A stretch of DNA of 64,000 bases from Candidatus Lindowbacteria bacterium RIFCSPLOWO2_12_FULL_62_27 (GTDB lineage: Bacteria; Lindowbacteria; 2-12-FULL-62-27). Below the pieces are notes generated by a model. The model was not told where the DNA came from. It searched no databases and was given only the letters and a program-made list of their open reading frames with translations. The position numbers and the translations under genes are program-made. The stretch is from assembly GCA_001784175.1 (NCBI GenBank), contig MFPR01000026.1:1-64000 (forward strand), given 5' to 3'. This document shows, one piece after another, positions 1 to 11,200 of the stretch (its first letter is position 1; each line of letters starts with the position of its first letter).

Positions 1-999
1 GGTGAATTGTGGAACACCGCTCGGAAAAATATGAACGTCTCGACCGCGTTCGGCCAGAACATCACAAAGGCGAGCGACAATTCGGTGAAGAGCGCGATCA
101 ACAACCAGAACTATCAGCTCTCGACATCGAGCGGCCGCCACACGTTCTCGACATTCTACCGATACCAGATCACGCAGGAAAAGACGGCGGCGACGGGCGA
201 CCGGCGCAACGCCAGCAACGGACTCACGTACGGCCTGAAGGAGATTCCGTGGAAAGTGTTCCTGTATCCGAAGAAGCCCTTCTCGACCGACCTCACGCTG
301 AACGCGACGCGCACGCGCGACAAATCCATCGACGCCGCGGGCCGGTCGCACCAGCGGCAGTATGGGGCCGGCGCGCAGACAAAGGTGAACGACGACGAGC
401 GGCTCAATATCGACTACAGTCTCGGCCTCACGGACAACGACAACGTCAACAGCGACATCCGCACGATAAACTGGAAGTGCGCGTACGTTGTGCAGAAGTT
501 CATTCAGGATGATGGGAGTTTCACGCTGTCGTACACGTCGAACAAAACGGAGGAGGAGATCACGACGCAGAACTACCGCGAAGCGGTCTGGCGCGCGGAC
601 GCGGCGCTGAAATGGGGCGGCCCGGCGCCGGAGGTGGTGGCCAAGCGCGACGAGGCGGAGGCTGCGGTGAAAGAGATTCTGAACGTGTACGCGGAAGAAG
701 ACATATTGAAATTCATGCAACGCCTCAGCCCGAACTTCAAGGGCGACCGGATCGCCTTCGAGAATCAAGTCCGCGCGTTGTACGACCGCGTGGACGCGAT
801 CAAGTACGAGGGCGTGTGGGCATCGGGGTTTGTCCCCGGAGACAACGTGATCGAACTGACGTTCCGCTGGCAGCGCCGCTGGCGCGTGTATGCGACCGGC
901 GCCGAAGAATCCGCCACGGGCGTCGCGCTGTTCCGTCTCGAAAAGTCCGGTGATAAATGGCTCCTGCAGGAGATCCGCGAGACCAGCCCACTTTTCTAA
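1..999 (+). CDS. Hypothetical protein, 5'-truncated; beta-strand-rich (possible outer-membrane) region plus C-terminal NTF2-like domain
   Basis: Frame open from the window edge; alternating aromatic/polar strands; C-terminal 'ILNVYAEEDILKFMQRLSPNF...FRLEKSGDKWLLQEI' resembles an NTF2-like fold. Confidence 0.55.
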   Translation, partial: GELWNTARKNMNVSTAFGQNITKASDNSVKSAINNQNYQLSTSSGRHTFSTFYRYQITQEKTAATGDRRNASNGLTYGLKEIPWKVFLYPKKPFSTDLTLNATRTRDKSIDAAGRSHQRQYGAGAQTKVNDDERLNIDYSLGLTDNDNVNSDIRTINWKCAYVVQKFIQDDGSFTLSYTSNKTEEEITTQNYREAVWRADAALKWGGPAPEVVAKRDEAEAAVKEILNVYAEEDILKFMQRLSPNFKGDRIAFENQVRALYDRVDAIKYEGVWASGFVPGDNVIELTFRWQRRWRVYATGAEESATGVALFRLEKSGDKWLLQEIRETSPLF

Positions 1000-1384
1000 A
1001 TTCGACCCCGCCGGACACATTTTAAATCGTAGAATGGGAGAACATTGATTTCAACTCTGCGAAACAAATTTGACATCGGCGAATAGTGCGATAGAATAGA
1101 GGCGTTCGGATACTCGGGTAGGTTTCTCGTCCTTGGGGGAAGGTCCAAAAAGACAATCAAACGTGGAGATTTTGCGGTTCGGCTGGAGGTCTGAACCTCG
1201 TCAAGTTGTGTATCTAAAATCACATTTAGAGTGTGATTTTTTATACAGCGGGGCATTTTTTCGTTGCGGGGTCATATATCATAACCTCTTTATATATAGA
1301 AGATTACATTGATTTCTTGGCGGTTGGATGCCCATGCTCATTTATTGCTGAATAAGACGTATACGGGAGGGAGACAGGGGGGTC

Positions 1385-2281
1385 ATGGTGGAGAAGAAGC
1401 GGGTGGTTTTGCAGTCAATTGTGCTGGTTCTCATAGCGACTGGTCCGGCGGTCGCGAGGGAGGATGGTGCGGGCACGACGACTGCGGATTTTCTAAAAGT
1501 GGGCACTCAGGCCCAGGCGCTGGCGCAGGCGGAGGCGGTGACGGCGCTGGCGGACGGCATTTCGTTTGTGTCCTACAATCCGGCGAGTGTCCAGATGAAG
1601 AGCATGACGCTTACGGCGACGCATGCCCTGCTCTACGAGGGCGTGTCGCTCGAAGAGATCGCGCTGGGAATCCCGTTTGGGCCGAAGGCCGGTTTGGTGA
1701 TCCGCGGAAACGGCATCGTGTTCGACCGCACAGAGCGTACGGACCAGAACGGCAATCGTCTGGGAACGTACGGCTCGACGTCGTTTGCGGCCGGAGCCGG
1801 TTTCTACGGGCATGTGGGGCCGCTGTCGCTGGGCATGTTCGGAAAGACCATCCGTCAAAAGATCGATGCGCATGAATCGTCGGCTGCGGCGGCCGATTTT
1901 GGGGTCCGGTACCTGACGCCGCTGCCGGGTCTCTCTCTCGGCGCGTCGCTTCTCAACGTCGGCCGGCCGGCGACGTTTATTGCGCAGCAGGACGAACTGC
2001 CGCGCGCGGCCCGCGCCGGGATCGGCTATCATCTTGGATTTTTGAAACTCGGCGCGGACGCCGTCCAATACCGGGGCCAACCGGTCCAGGCGGCCGCCGG
2101 CGCGGAGTTGACGCTTTTCAGCGGGTTGAAGCTTCGGGCGGGCTACCGCACGAAAACGCCCCTGACCTCCCCCTACAACGCCGGGATCGGGTTTCGGTTC
2201 TCAGCGCTCGATCTCAGCTACGCCTACAATCCGGGTGACGTCTTCGGCGCCGCCCACCGGCTGACGGTGACGGTGCGGTGA
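1385..2281 (+). CDS. PorV/PorQ-family (UPF0164-like) outer-membrane beta-barrel protein
   Basis: Signal peptide; 'ADFLKVGTQAQALAQAEA..ALAD..SYNPAS' N-terminal motif; barrel strands ending 'DLSYAYNP..FGAAHRLTVTVR'. Confidence 0.8.
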   Translation: MVEKKRVVLQSIVLVLIATGPAVAREDGAGTTTADFLKVGTQAQALAQAEAVTALADGISFVSYNPASVQMKSMTLTATHALLYEGVSLEEIALGIPFGPKAGLVIRGNGIVFDRTERTDQNGNRLGTYGSTSFAAGAGFYGHVGPLSLGMFGKTIRQKIDAHESSAAAADFGVRYLTPLPGLSLGASLLNVGRPATFIAQQDELPRAARAGIGYHLGFLKLGADAVQYRGQPVQAAAGAELTLFSGLKLRAGYRTKTPLTSPYNAGIGFRFSALDLSYAYNPGDVFGAAHRLTVTVR

Positions 2282-5200
2282 CCCTCCTTCGCCTCTCCAT
2301 ATTAATATATATGGCGCTGGGGGTCGGCGCGTGGGGGTGGGCCGCCGACCTCGATGCAGCGCGGTTTTTGCACACTCCCAAGGACAGCCACCTGATCGAT
2401 CAGCCGTTGCGGATATCGGCGCAATTGACCGAAGCCGCCGGCGTCTCCTCCGTGCAACTCTTCTACAAAAGCCCGGACCGGGCAACCTACACCGTGAAAA
2501 CGATGCAGGCGTCCTGGCAGGCGGACCTTGCGCCGGGGGAACTGTCGCCGCTGGGGCTCAGCTACTTTTTCGAGGCGAAGTATGCGGACGGCCGGGCGTA
2601 CCGGTCGCGGGATTACTCGACGGTCCTCTTGGTGGTCCCGCCCGCGATCCGGGAGATGCTGTACCGGGACGACGCGAGCGGGACGGACGTGAAGGTTGTG
2701 AAGGACGAATTGATCCTGAAACTGGACCCGGCGATGGCGCCGGAAGTTGTCCCCAACGCGATCAACCAGCTTATCCTGCGGCACAACGCGAAGGTTCTCG
2801 GCGTGGACAACGGGTCGCGGCTGGTCCGGATGCAGATTCCGTCGACGCTCGATCTTAAGGCCGTCCTCGCCGATTTGTCGGCGCAGAGCGCCGTCGCGTA
2901 CGCGCATCCGCACGGACTCTACGAGCCGGTCCTGACGCCCAACGATCCGATGCTGGAGGAGCAGTGGGCCGTGCAAAAAATGCGGCTGCCCGAAGCGTGG
3001 AACACGACGACCGGCGACGTGAACGTGATTGTCGGCATCATCGACACGGGCCGCGACCCGAACCATCCGGACCTCTCCGGGCAGTTTCTGCCGGGCTACG
3101 ACTATTACGCGAACGATCCCGACCCGTGGGACGTCGGCGGCCATGGCACGATGGTGGCCGGCGTGGTGGGCGCGATCGGGAACAACGGCACGGGCGTGGC
3201 GGGCACGAATTGGAAGTGCAAGATACTGCCGTACCGGGTGGGGGACTGGTCGCTGTCGATCTGGGCGATCGTGCAGTCGTTGCGGGACGCGACGGACAAG
3301 GGCGCGCGCGTGATCAACATGAGTTTCGGCGGATTCGGCGGCTGGCCGGCGATGCACGACGCGCTGAAGTACGCCTACTCGAAGGGCGTGGTCCTGATCG
3401 CGGCCGCCGGCAATTCGTACACGCAAACGCCCGTCTATCCGGCCGCCTATCCGGAAGTCATCGGCGTCGTGGCGACGAACCGGTCGGACCAGAAGGCGTA
3501 TTTTTCGAGTTACGGCAGTTGGGTGGACGTTTCGGCGCCCGGCCAGGAAATCCTGACGACCACGGTCGGCGGCGGATACAAATCCGTCAACGGAACATCG
3601 TTCGCCTCGCCCTACACGGCGGGCCTCGCCAGCCTGCTTCTGTCGGTGAACCCGACGCTGACCAACGAGGAAGTCCGGGAGATTTTGCGGTCGACGGCGG
3701 TCGATCTCGGGTCGGCCGGCTTCGACAACGTGTTCGGCTATGGCCGGATCGACGCTCCGGCCGCTGTGATGGCGGCCCGGGGCGCCGCGGCGGACGACAC
3801 GCCGCCGGTCATCACGCATTTTCCAGTCCGCGAGGTGGACCCGGGAATTTCGGTGAGCGTGCTGGCCGCCGTGACCGACAACGTCGCCGTGCACAGCGGC
3901 ATTCTGTCGTACCGTCGAAAGGGCGACGCGACGTTCACCGAGTCGATCATGTCGTATCTGGGCGGCACGCTGTACGAGGGCGTCATTCCCAAGTCGACCG
4001 TCGAGCCGCCGGCGGTCGAGTACTCGCTGCGGGCGCGGGACGCGAAAGGCAACTGGTCGTTCACGCCGGTCTACACGATCGCGATGAAGGACCGCACGCC
4101 CCCGGTGGTTCAGCACACGCCGCCGTCGCAGGCCGATTCGGGCCTGCCGATGACGATCGCCGCGACCGTGACCGACGACGTCGGCGTGAAGTCGGCGACG
4201 GCGCATGTGCGGATGCGGGGAGAGTCCGGGTACACGGCGTATGAAATGACGGCGGGTCCCAACCAGCAGTATCAGGCGACGATCCCGGGACCGGCCGTCC
4301 GGATGCCCGCCATTCAATATTATTTTTCCGCCACCGACACCGCCGGCAACCAGCCCCCGACCGGCCAGCCGGGGAGCGCGGCGGCGCCGCACGAGGTCAA
4401 GGTCGTGTACGTCGACCGCACGCCGCCGTTTGTGGCGCACGATCCGGTGGCGGCCGCGCAGCCGGCGCATCTGCCAGTGCGGGTCGAGGCGCGAATCACC
4501 GACGACGTCGGCGTCGCCGGCGCGACGCTGTTCTTCCGGCCGCGCGGAAAGCCTCTCTTCGACACGGCGCCGATGATGCCGTCCGGCGCCGACTCCTACA
4601 TCGCGCTCATTCCCGCATCGGCCGTCGTGTCGCCGGCGGTTGAATACTACATCGACGCGACCGACTCCGCCGGCAACCGGCCGGCGGGCGGCCGTACTCC
4701 CGGATCGGCGAGTCTGCCGAACGGGTTTCCGGTTCCGGCCGACACGTCGCCTCCGACGATCCGGCACACGGCGCTCGGAACGCCGCCGGACGCGCTGATC
4801 GAGGGCCTGCCGGTCGTGGTGTCGGCGATCGCGCTGGACAACCACGGCGTTCAGGCGATGCGGCTGCATCACAAACCGGCGGGAGCTTCGTCGCATTTCG
4901 TCCGGCCGATGACGTACACGCTGTCGAACCGTTTCGAAGCCGCGCTGACCGAAAAGGACGCGGTGGGTCCCGCCATTCATTATTATCTGGTCGCGTCGGA
5001 TTCCGACGGCAACGAAACGACGTGGGGTCCGGCCGAAGTTCCGGTGCATGCCAAAGTGGCGATCATGACGGCGGCAGGCGACACGCGCGCGCTCTGGGCG
5101 CCGGGCGCGGATCAGGTTTTGTTCAAGGACCCAAAGACCGGCCTGTACGCGCGGATGGCCGTCCCGCATTTCGACACCGCGCATTTTTCGTGGTCGGCCG

Positions 5201-8200
5201 ACCTCACGAAGCTCGTGATGGCGGGCCGGTCGGGCGATTCGTGGCTGGTCTACGTGATCACGCTGGAGGATTCCATTCCCAGGGCGCACCGGGTCACGGA
5301 CGGCGATTGGCTGGATCTTTATCCGAGCTGGTCGGCCGACGGGAAGTTTTTGTTGTTCGCGTCGAACCGCGCGGGCGAATGGGACATTTTCATGAAACCG
5401 GTGGACTCGGACAGCGACGGCATCCCGGACACCGGCGGGGCGATCGTCAAGCTGTCGGCCGACACGGGCGCGCGCGGCAAGGGCGATGTCCTCGGCGTGG
5501 CGCGATTGGCTGCGCCGGGCGCGCTGGAGGTGGTGCGCGGGAAGGTGCCGATCATCGGCGGCGTGTTTGCCCTGGTTCAAGCCGATCAGATGACCCAGGC
5601 GCCGGCGGAAGGATACCGAATAGAGGCAGCGCCGGAGACGAACCCACAAGAGACGACGCTGATCGAGAGCGTGAACGGGTTGAAAACGATACTGTTCGAC
5701 GCCAAGCTGGGCGAGTGGACGCCGCCCTCGGATACGCCGGGAAAATATTCGGTCTGTTTGCACGCGCAAACGTCCGGGCGGTCTGCCAGGGAATGCGTGA
5801 CGGTGTGGGTTCCGGGTCTCGCCGTGACGCTGGAGGCGAAGCCGACGGAGATGTTCCCGGACCAGGCGACTGTGGAGGTACGCGGCGAGGCGCGATATAA
5901 CTTCGGCGCGCTGGGCGCCGGCTTGCCGGTGACGATCTGGGTGCTCGGGACCGGTAGGTCGGTCAGCGCGGTCACGAACGCCTCCGGGCAATTCTACGCC
6001 GAGCTTCCGGCGCCCAGCGTTCCCGGCGAGTATCGGCTGCACGCGGCGGTCACCGACACGTGGGGCTTGATCGCGCGCGCCGAGACGCCGATTACGGTGA
6101 AGGCCAAGAAAATCGTACTGACGATCGATCTCGACCCCACGGAAACATTCGCGCAAGAACCTGTCCGCGCGTTCGGCCGCGCGGTCTATGAGGACAGCCT
6201 TCCGGTGGTCAACCGGGAGGTGACGCTGGAGATCAAGGAGACCTTCAGGAAATATTTCGCGCTCACCGACTCGACCGGCGCCTATTCGGTTCCGGGCGTA
6301 TCGGCGGGCAAACCGGGGCTTTACCATGTCCACGCGCAAGTGTCCGACAGTTTCACCAGCGCGGTCACGCACGCCGAGCTGCGGCTTCGCGGGCAGGCGG
6401 TGGAGCTGACCGAGCAACTTTTACCGCCCGTCGTTTTCACCGGCGCCTACACGTCGGTGTCGGGCACGGCGGTTTACCGGACCACGCGCGCGCCCCTTAA
6501 GGACGCGCCGGTGGCGATCTCGCCGTCCTGGTATCCGGAGCCTGTCTCCGTCCGGACCGACACCGCCGGCCGGTATCTCGCGCTGATCCAGGCGTCGGAT
6601 CGGGCCGGGACGATGCCGGTGCAGGTCACGGCCGGCGACGGGTTTGAAACCGCGAGCGTGCAGCGCGACCTTGTGATGCTGGATTTTTCCTACGGAAATC
6701 CGTTGAAAATCGAAGTGACGATGCGGCCGGATTCGCCGGCCGTCTGGCGCGGGCGGCCCTTCGGGATCACCGGCGACGCGATCTATGTCTATGCGGACCG
6801 TCGCTGGCCCGTCGAGGAAGGCCGCGTGGACCTCGCGATGGACAGCGTTGGCCCCTTGGGGACGCTGTCGTTGACGCGCGACGACGGCGGCCGATTCTCC
6901 TGGAACGGCGCCGCTCCTCGCACGCCGGACACCTACCGGATCCGCGCGACGGTCACCGACCGGTTTGAGCTGAAAGGCCGATCGGAGACGGACCAGGTGG
7001 TGAAGGACCGGCCGCTGATCGTCAAGGGCTTTGCCGACAAGACCGATCCGTACCGGATGTTTCTCCTGAATTTCTTCGGGCACCTGTACTATCCGGACGG
7101 CGGCGCAGTCGAAGCCGCGACGGTGAGCTGCACGTCGAGCCCGCCGGGATATGAAAAAGCGGTGCAGGACTATTTCGATCCCTCGTACGACGGATACTTC
7201 GTCATGCAATTCTTTTCGCCGAACAGGGTCGACACGTACACGCTGCAGTTCCGGGCGGTGGATTCGTACGGCGGAACCGGGGAGACGCAACTCATCGCGA
7301 CGGTGCGGCCGCTGAACGTGAAGGTGACCGCCGGCGTATCGGACTCGATCGTTCCGGCCCGCCTGACGCCGACGGTGCGGGGCAAGGGCATATACATTGA
7401 AAATCAGATCCAGGTGGTGGAAGCGCCGGCGGCCATCCGGTCGACGACGGGGTCAGGCGCGGTCTGGACGGGAAAAACAAACATTCTCGGCGAATTTTCG
7501 AGCGTCGCCGCGCTCCCGCGCGCCGATTTCGAAACCTATCAGCTCACCGTGGACGACGGCCTGTCGGCGGACACCGCGGAAATCGGATTGACCATCCTGT
7601 CGGACTCCATCGTCATCGACGCGCATCTGGACACAGCGATCGTGCCGGACGAAGCGTCGTGGTTGAAGAGTCTCCCGCCGCCGGCCCGGGTTTGGTTGAC
7701 GGCGCGGCCGCGGCATCCGAAAGGCTATGCGCTCTATCGCGAGGGCGCGACGCGCGTGACCGTGACGAACGCGCTGACGGGCGGCGCGGTGTGGGAGACG
7801 GCGTGGACGGCGGCGCCTCTGGGCGAGGGGAAGGACGCGCGGGAGCGGGACGAGGTCGCGGTCCCGGTTCCGACGAGCGCCGGAGAGTTTCGCGTCTCGA
7901 TCTGGATGGAGGACCGCTACGGCGAAGGCGAAACGTCGGTGCTCCTGACGGTCTACACGCCGAGCGAGCCGAAAGACGATCTCGCGCTCGAACTGAATCT
8001 GGACACGAGCGTCGTATCGCCGGGCGCGGTGGTGACGGCCTGGGGCACGCTGGTTTACTCCGGCCTGTCGACCGGCGATCAGGACGACACGGTATTGATT
8101 GAGAATAGTGTCTCGAAGGAACACTGGGAAGGCGTGTATCGCGCGACCGAAAAGAAATTCACGCGGGTTTTTTCGGCGCCGGCCGCCACGGGCGCCTATC

Positions 8201-11200
8201 CGATCGTGGCGTCGAAATGGCACAGCGGCAAGCGGGCCGAGGATGCCGAGATTTTGTTCGTGGTGAAGGGCACGGATACGCCGCCGCCTCCACCGCCTCC
8301 GCCGCCTCCGCCCCCGCCGCCTCCGCCCCCGCCGCCTCCGCCCCCGCCGCCTCCGCCGCCGATCAAGCTCATCATCGTGACGGTGCCGGCGCTCTACATG
8401 GCCGACCCCGGCGATCCCGTGGCGGTGGAAGGGTCGGCGGCCTATACCACAGGCGAGGATGTTTACCCCGGCGTGGCGACGCTCTATCGGGGTTCCACGT
8501 CGATGGCGACCGTGATGCTGTCTCTGCACGGCCGGTTCCGGTTTCCGGAATTTCCGGCGCCGTCGGCCGTGACGGAATACGAGGTCGTGGTGGAGGACGG
8601 CACGCGCGCCGGCCGGGCCACGTTCAAAGTCGTGCCGCCCCCGCCTCCACCGCCGCCCCCGCCGCCGCCCCCGCCGCCTCCACCACCGCCTCCGCCCCCG
8701 CCGCCCACGCCGCCCGCGCCGTACGTCAAGCTCTATCCGGTCCAGTCGCCGGACGGCAAGTACGTGGCCTTTTCGGGCCGGAAGGTCGGGACGACCGATT
8801 CGCTGAACATCTACATTCTGGAGACGGCCAATCCTGCGGCGATCATTCCTTTCACGGCCGAATACGCCAACGACCAGTTTCCGGCATGGTCGGCGGACGG
8901 AAAAACAATCGCGTTCGGATCAAAGCGATCCGGAAATTTCGACATCTGGTCCAAGCCGGTCGACGGCAACGGCGACGGCAAGCCGGACAGCACGGGCCGC
9001 GCCGCGCAACTGACGCGATGGGAAGGCGAGGACAACAAACCCACGTGGTCGCCGGACGGCCGCAAGATCGCGTTCCATTCCGACCGCGCCGGCAACTACG
9101 ACATTTACGTTCAGAACGCGAGCGGTTCAGGCGAGCCTCTGCGGTTGACGGAGAACGCCGCCTACGACGCGCATCCGCACTGGTCGGCGGACGGGAAATA
9201 CATCACGTTCCACTCAAACCGCCGAGCGAAGGAGAGGCTGGCGGACGGAAGTTCCGAGAAGACGTCGATCGGCCTCGTGCTGGACGAGAGCAGCAGCGTG
9301 GACGACGAATCATTCTTGAAGCTGTCCAGCGGCGCCGGCCGGTTTCTCGAGAACCTTGCGGCGGGCGTGTCGGTGGCGGTGACCAAGTTCGACCAGCGCG
9401 TGAAGACGATACAGGATTTCACGGAAGACAAGAAACTCTTGACTGAGGCCTGCGGCACGAGAACCTTCGGCTGCGCGACGGCGATCTACGACGCGCTCTT
9501 CGAATCGCTGGGCCGGCTGGCGGCGCGGCCGGGCCGCCGGATGGCGCTGTTGGTGTCCGACGGATGGGACAATTCGAGCAAGAAAACGATGACGGACGTG
9601 ATCCGGTACGCCACGGAGAACAACATCCAGATATTCGGGGTGTTCGTGTCCAACGCTTTGTATCCCTCGAACCCGGAGCCGTTGCGGATTCTGACCAAGG
9701 CCACGGGCGGCGCGCTGATCGAGATCGACGATTTCGGCGGCGTGACGTCGGGGCTGGAGCATGTGATGAAGCTGTACGACGAGCTCCTGGGTAATTTCAA
9801 CATCTGGTACGCGCCGGCCGAAGGCGGCGAAGCGCGGCAACTCACGGACGACCTGGCGGATGACCTGTATCCGGCGTTCAGCCCGGACGTGAAAAAAATC
9901 GCGTACGTGTCGTTCCGGAGCGGCAAGGGCGACATTTATGTGATCCGGTTCGACCCGACGACGCCGGAATCGCCGCAGCGCCTGTATCCCCCGGTGGCGC
10001 GGATTTCGGCGGACACCAGAGCAATCATGAAGTTCCCGCTGGCGTTGGATGGCGGCGCGTCCTCCGACGCCGACGGCAGGATCGTTGCCTACCGTTGGAG
10101 TTTCGGCGATGGGGGTCTCGGGGGGGACAGCATCGTGGGTCACGCTTACGAGAAGCCGGGTCCGTATACCGTCACGCTGACGGTGATCGACAACGACGGA
10201 CTGATCGATGAGGACAGCGTGCAGATCGTGGTCGACACCGCGCCACCGGGAACGGGCAAACCCTGTGCCCCCAATCTGTCGTCGTTTCAGATTGTCTTCC
10301 GTCCAAGCCAGACGCCGATGCCGACCGGATATGTCGGATATCCGTTTGTCCTCCATGACGGCGGCGTGTACAAGATGTTTTATCACGTGCGCCGGGACTA
10401 CGCGGGATCGCGGGCCGACCTCGAGAAACTCGGTATCGACACGCCTCCGGGAGAAATGCCGAACTTCTCCCATAACATGGTCTCTTATGCCGAGGGCGAG
10501 GACGGTGTTCGATGGACGCACCGTGGAGTTCTGGACGAGACATACGGGGTGGCCCATGTCGGACAGGGTATGGCGCTTGCAAGGGTTGGAACGCGTCTGG
10601 ATCTCATCCAGGAGGACTATCCCAAAATTCATATGAAGCGATTGGCGTCCTATCTCACGTACCGTTACCAGACCGCGGAGGGCGCCTGGAGTTCCAAGAT
10701 CACCCTGCTGGAGGGAACGGATGACCCCAAGAGCTGGGAGTCGACCATGACTCAGCGAACGGCCGCCTTCTTGACATCCTCCGACAGTCTGACGGCCCGG
10801 CTCTGGTACGGAGGTCTCAACAGCACGAGCGAGTTCGCGGACCATCCGCAGTCGATCGGCTTGGCGAAACTCGATTGGGACGAAAGCGGGCAAAGATGGA
10901 GAGCCCGCAGTCGGGAGCGCGTTCTTGCCGCGAGCGCCGAGCCCGGCCATGAATTCGAATCGGTGCAGGTGATGTATCCCTCGGTCCGCCAAATCGGGTC
11001 GGACTCTTATGTGATGTACTACCTCGGTTACCAGCATCCGGAAAAAACCTCCGTATGCCGCGCGTACAGCGCCGATGGGATTGCATGGGAAGGGCGCGAG
11101 AAATTGTTCGACGCGACCCACCTGCCGGCGCAAGTCAGCGACATCACAAGCGTGCAGCTTTTCAGCGATCCCAAGGACGGAAAGGAGTATCTGTATCTGA

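Noticed and set aside
2302-6417. 1371-aa minus-strand ORF and other long antisense ORFs (e.g. 9310-11424, 31849-33636, 38161-40770)
   Set aside because: Arg/Gly-rich shadow frames of high-GC genes with no recognisable motifs.
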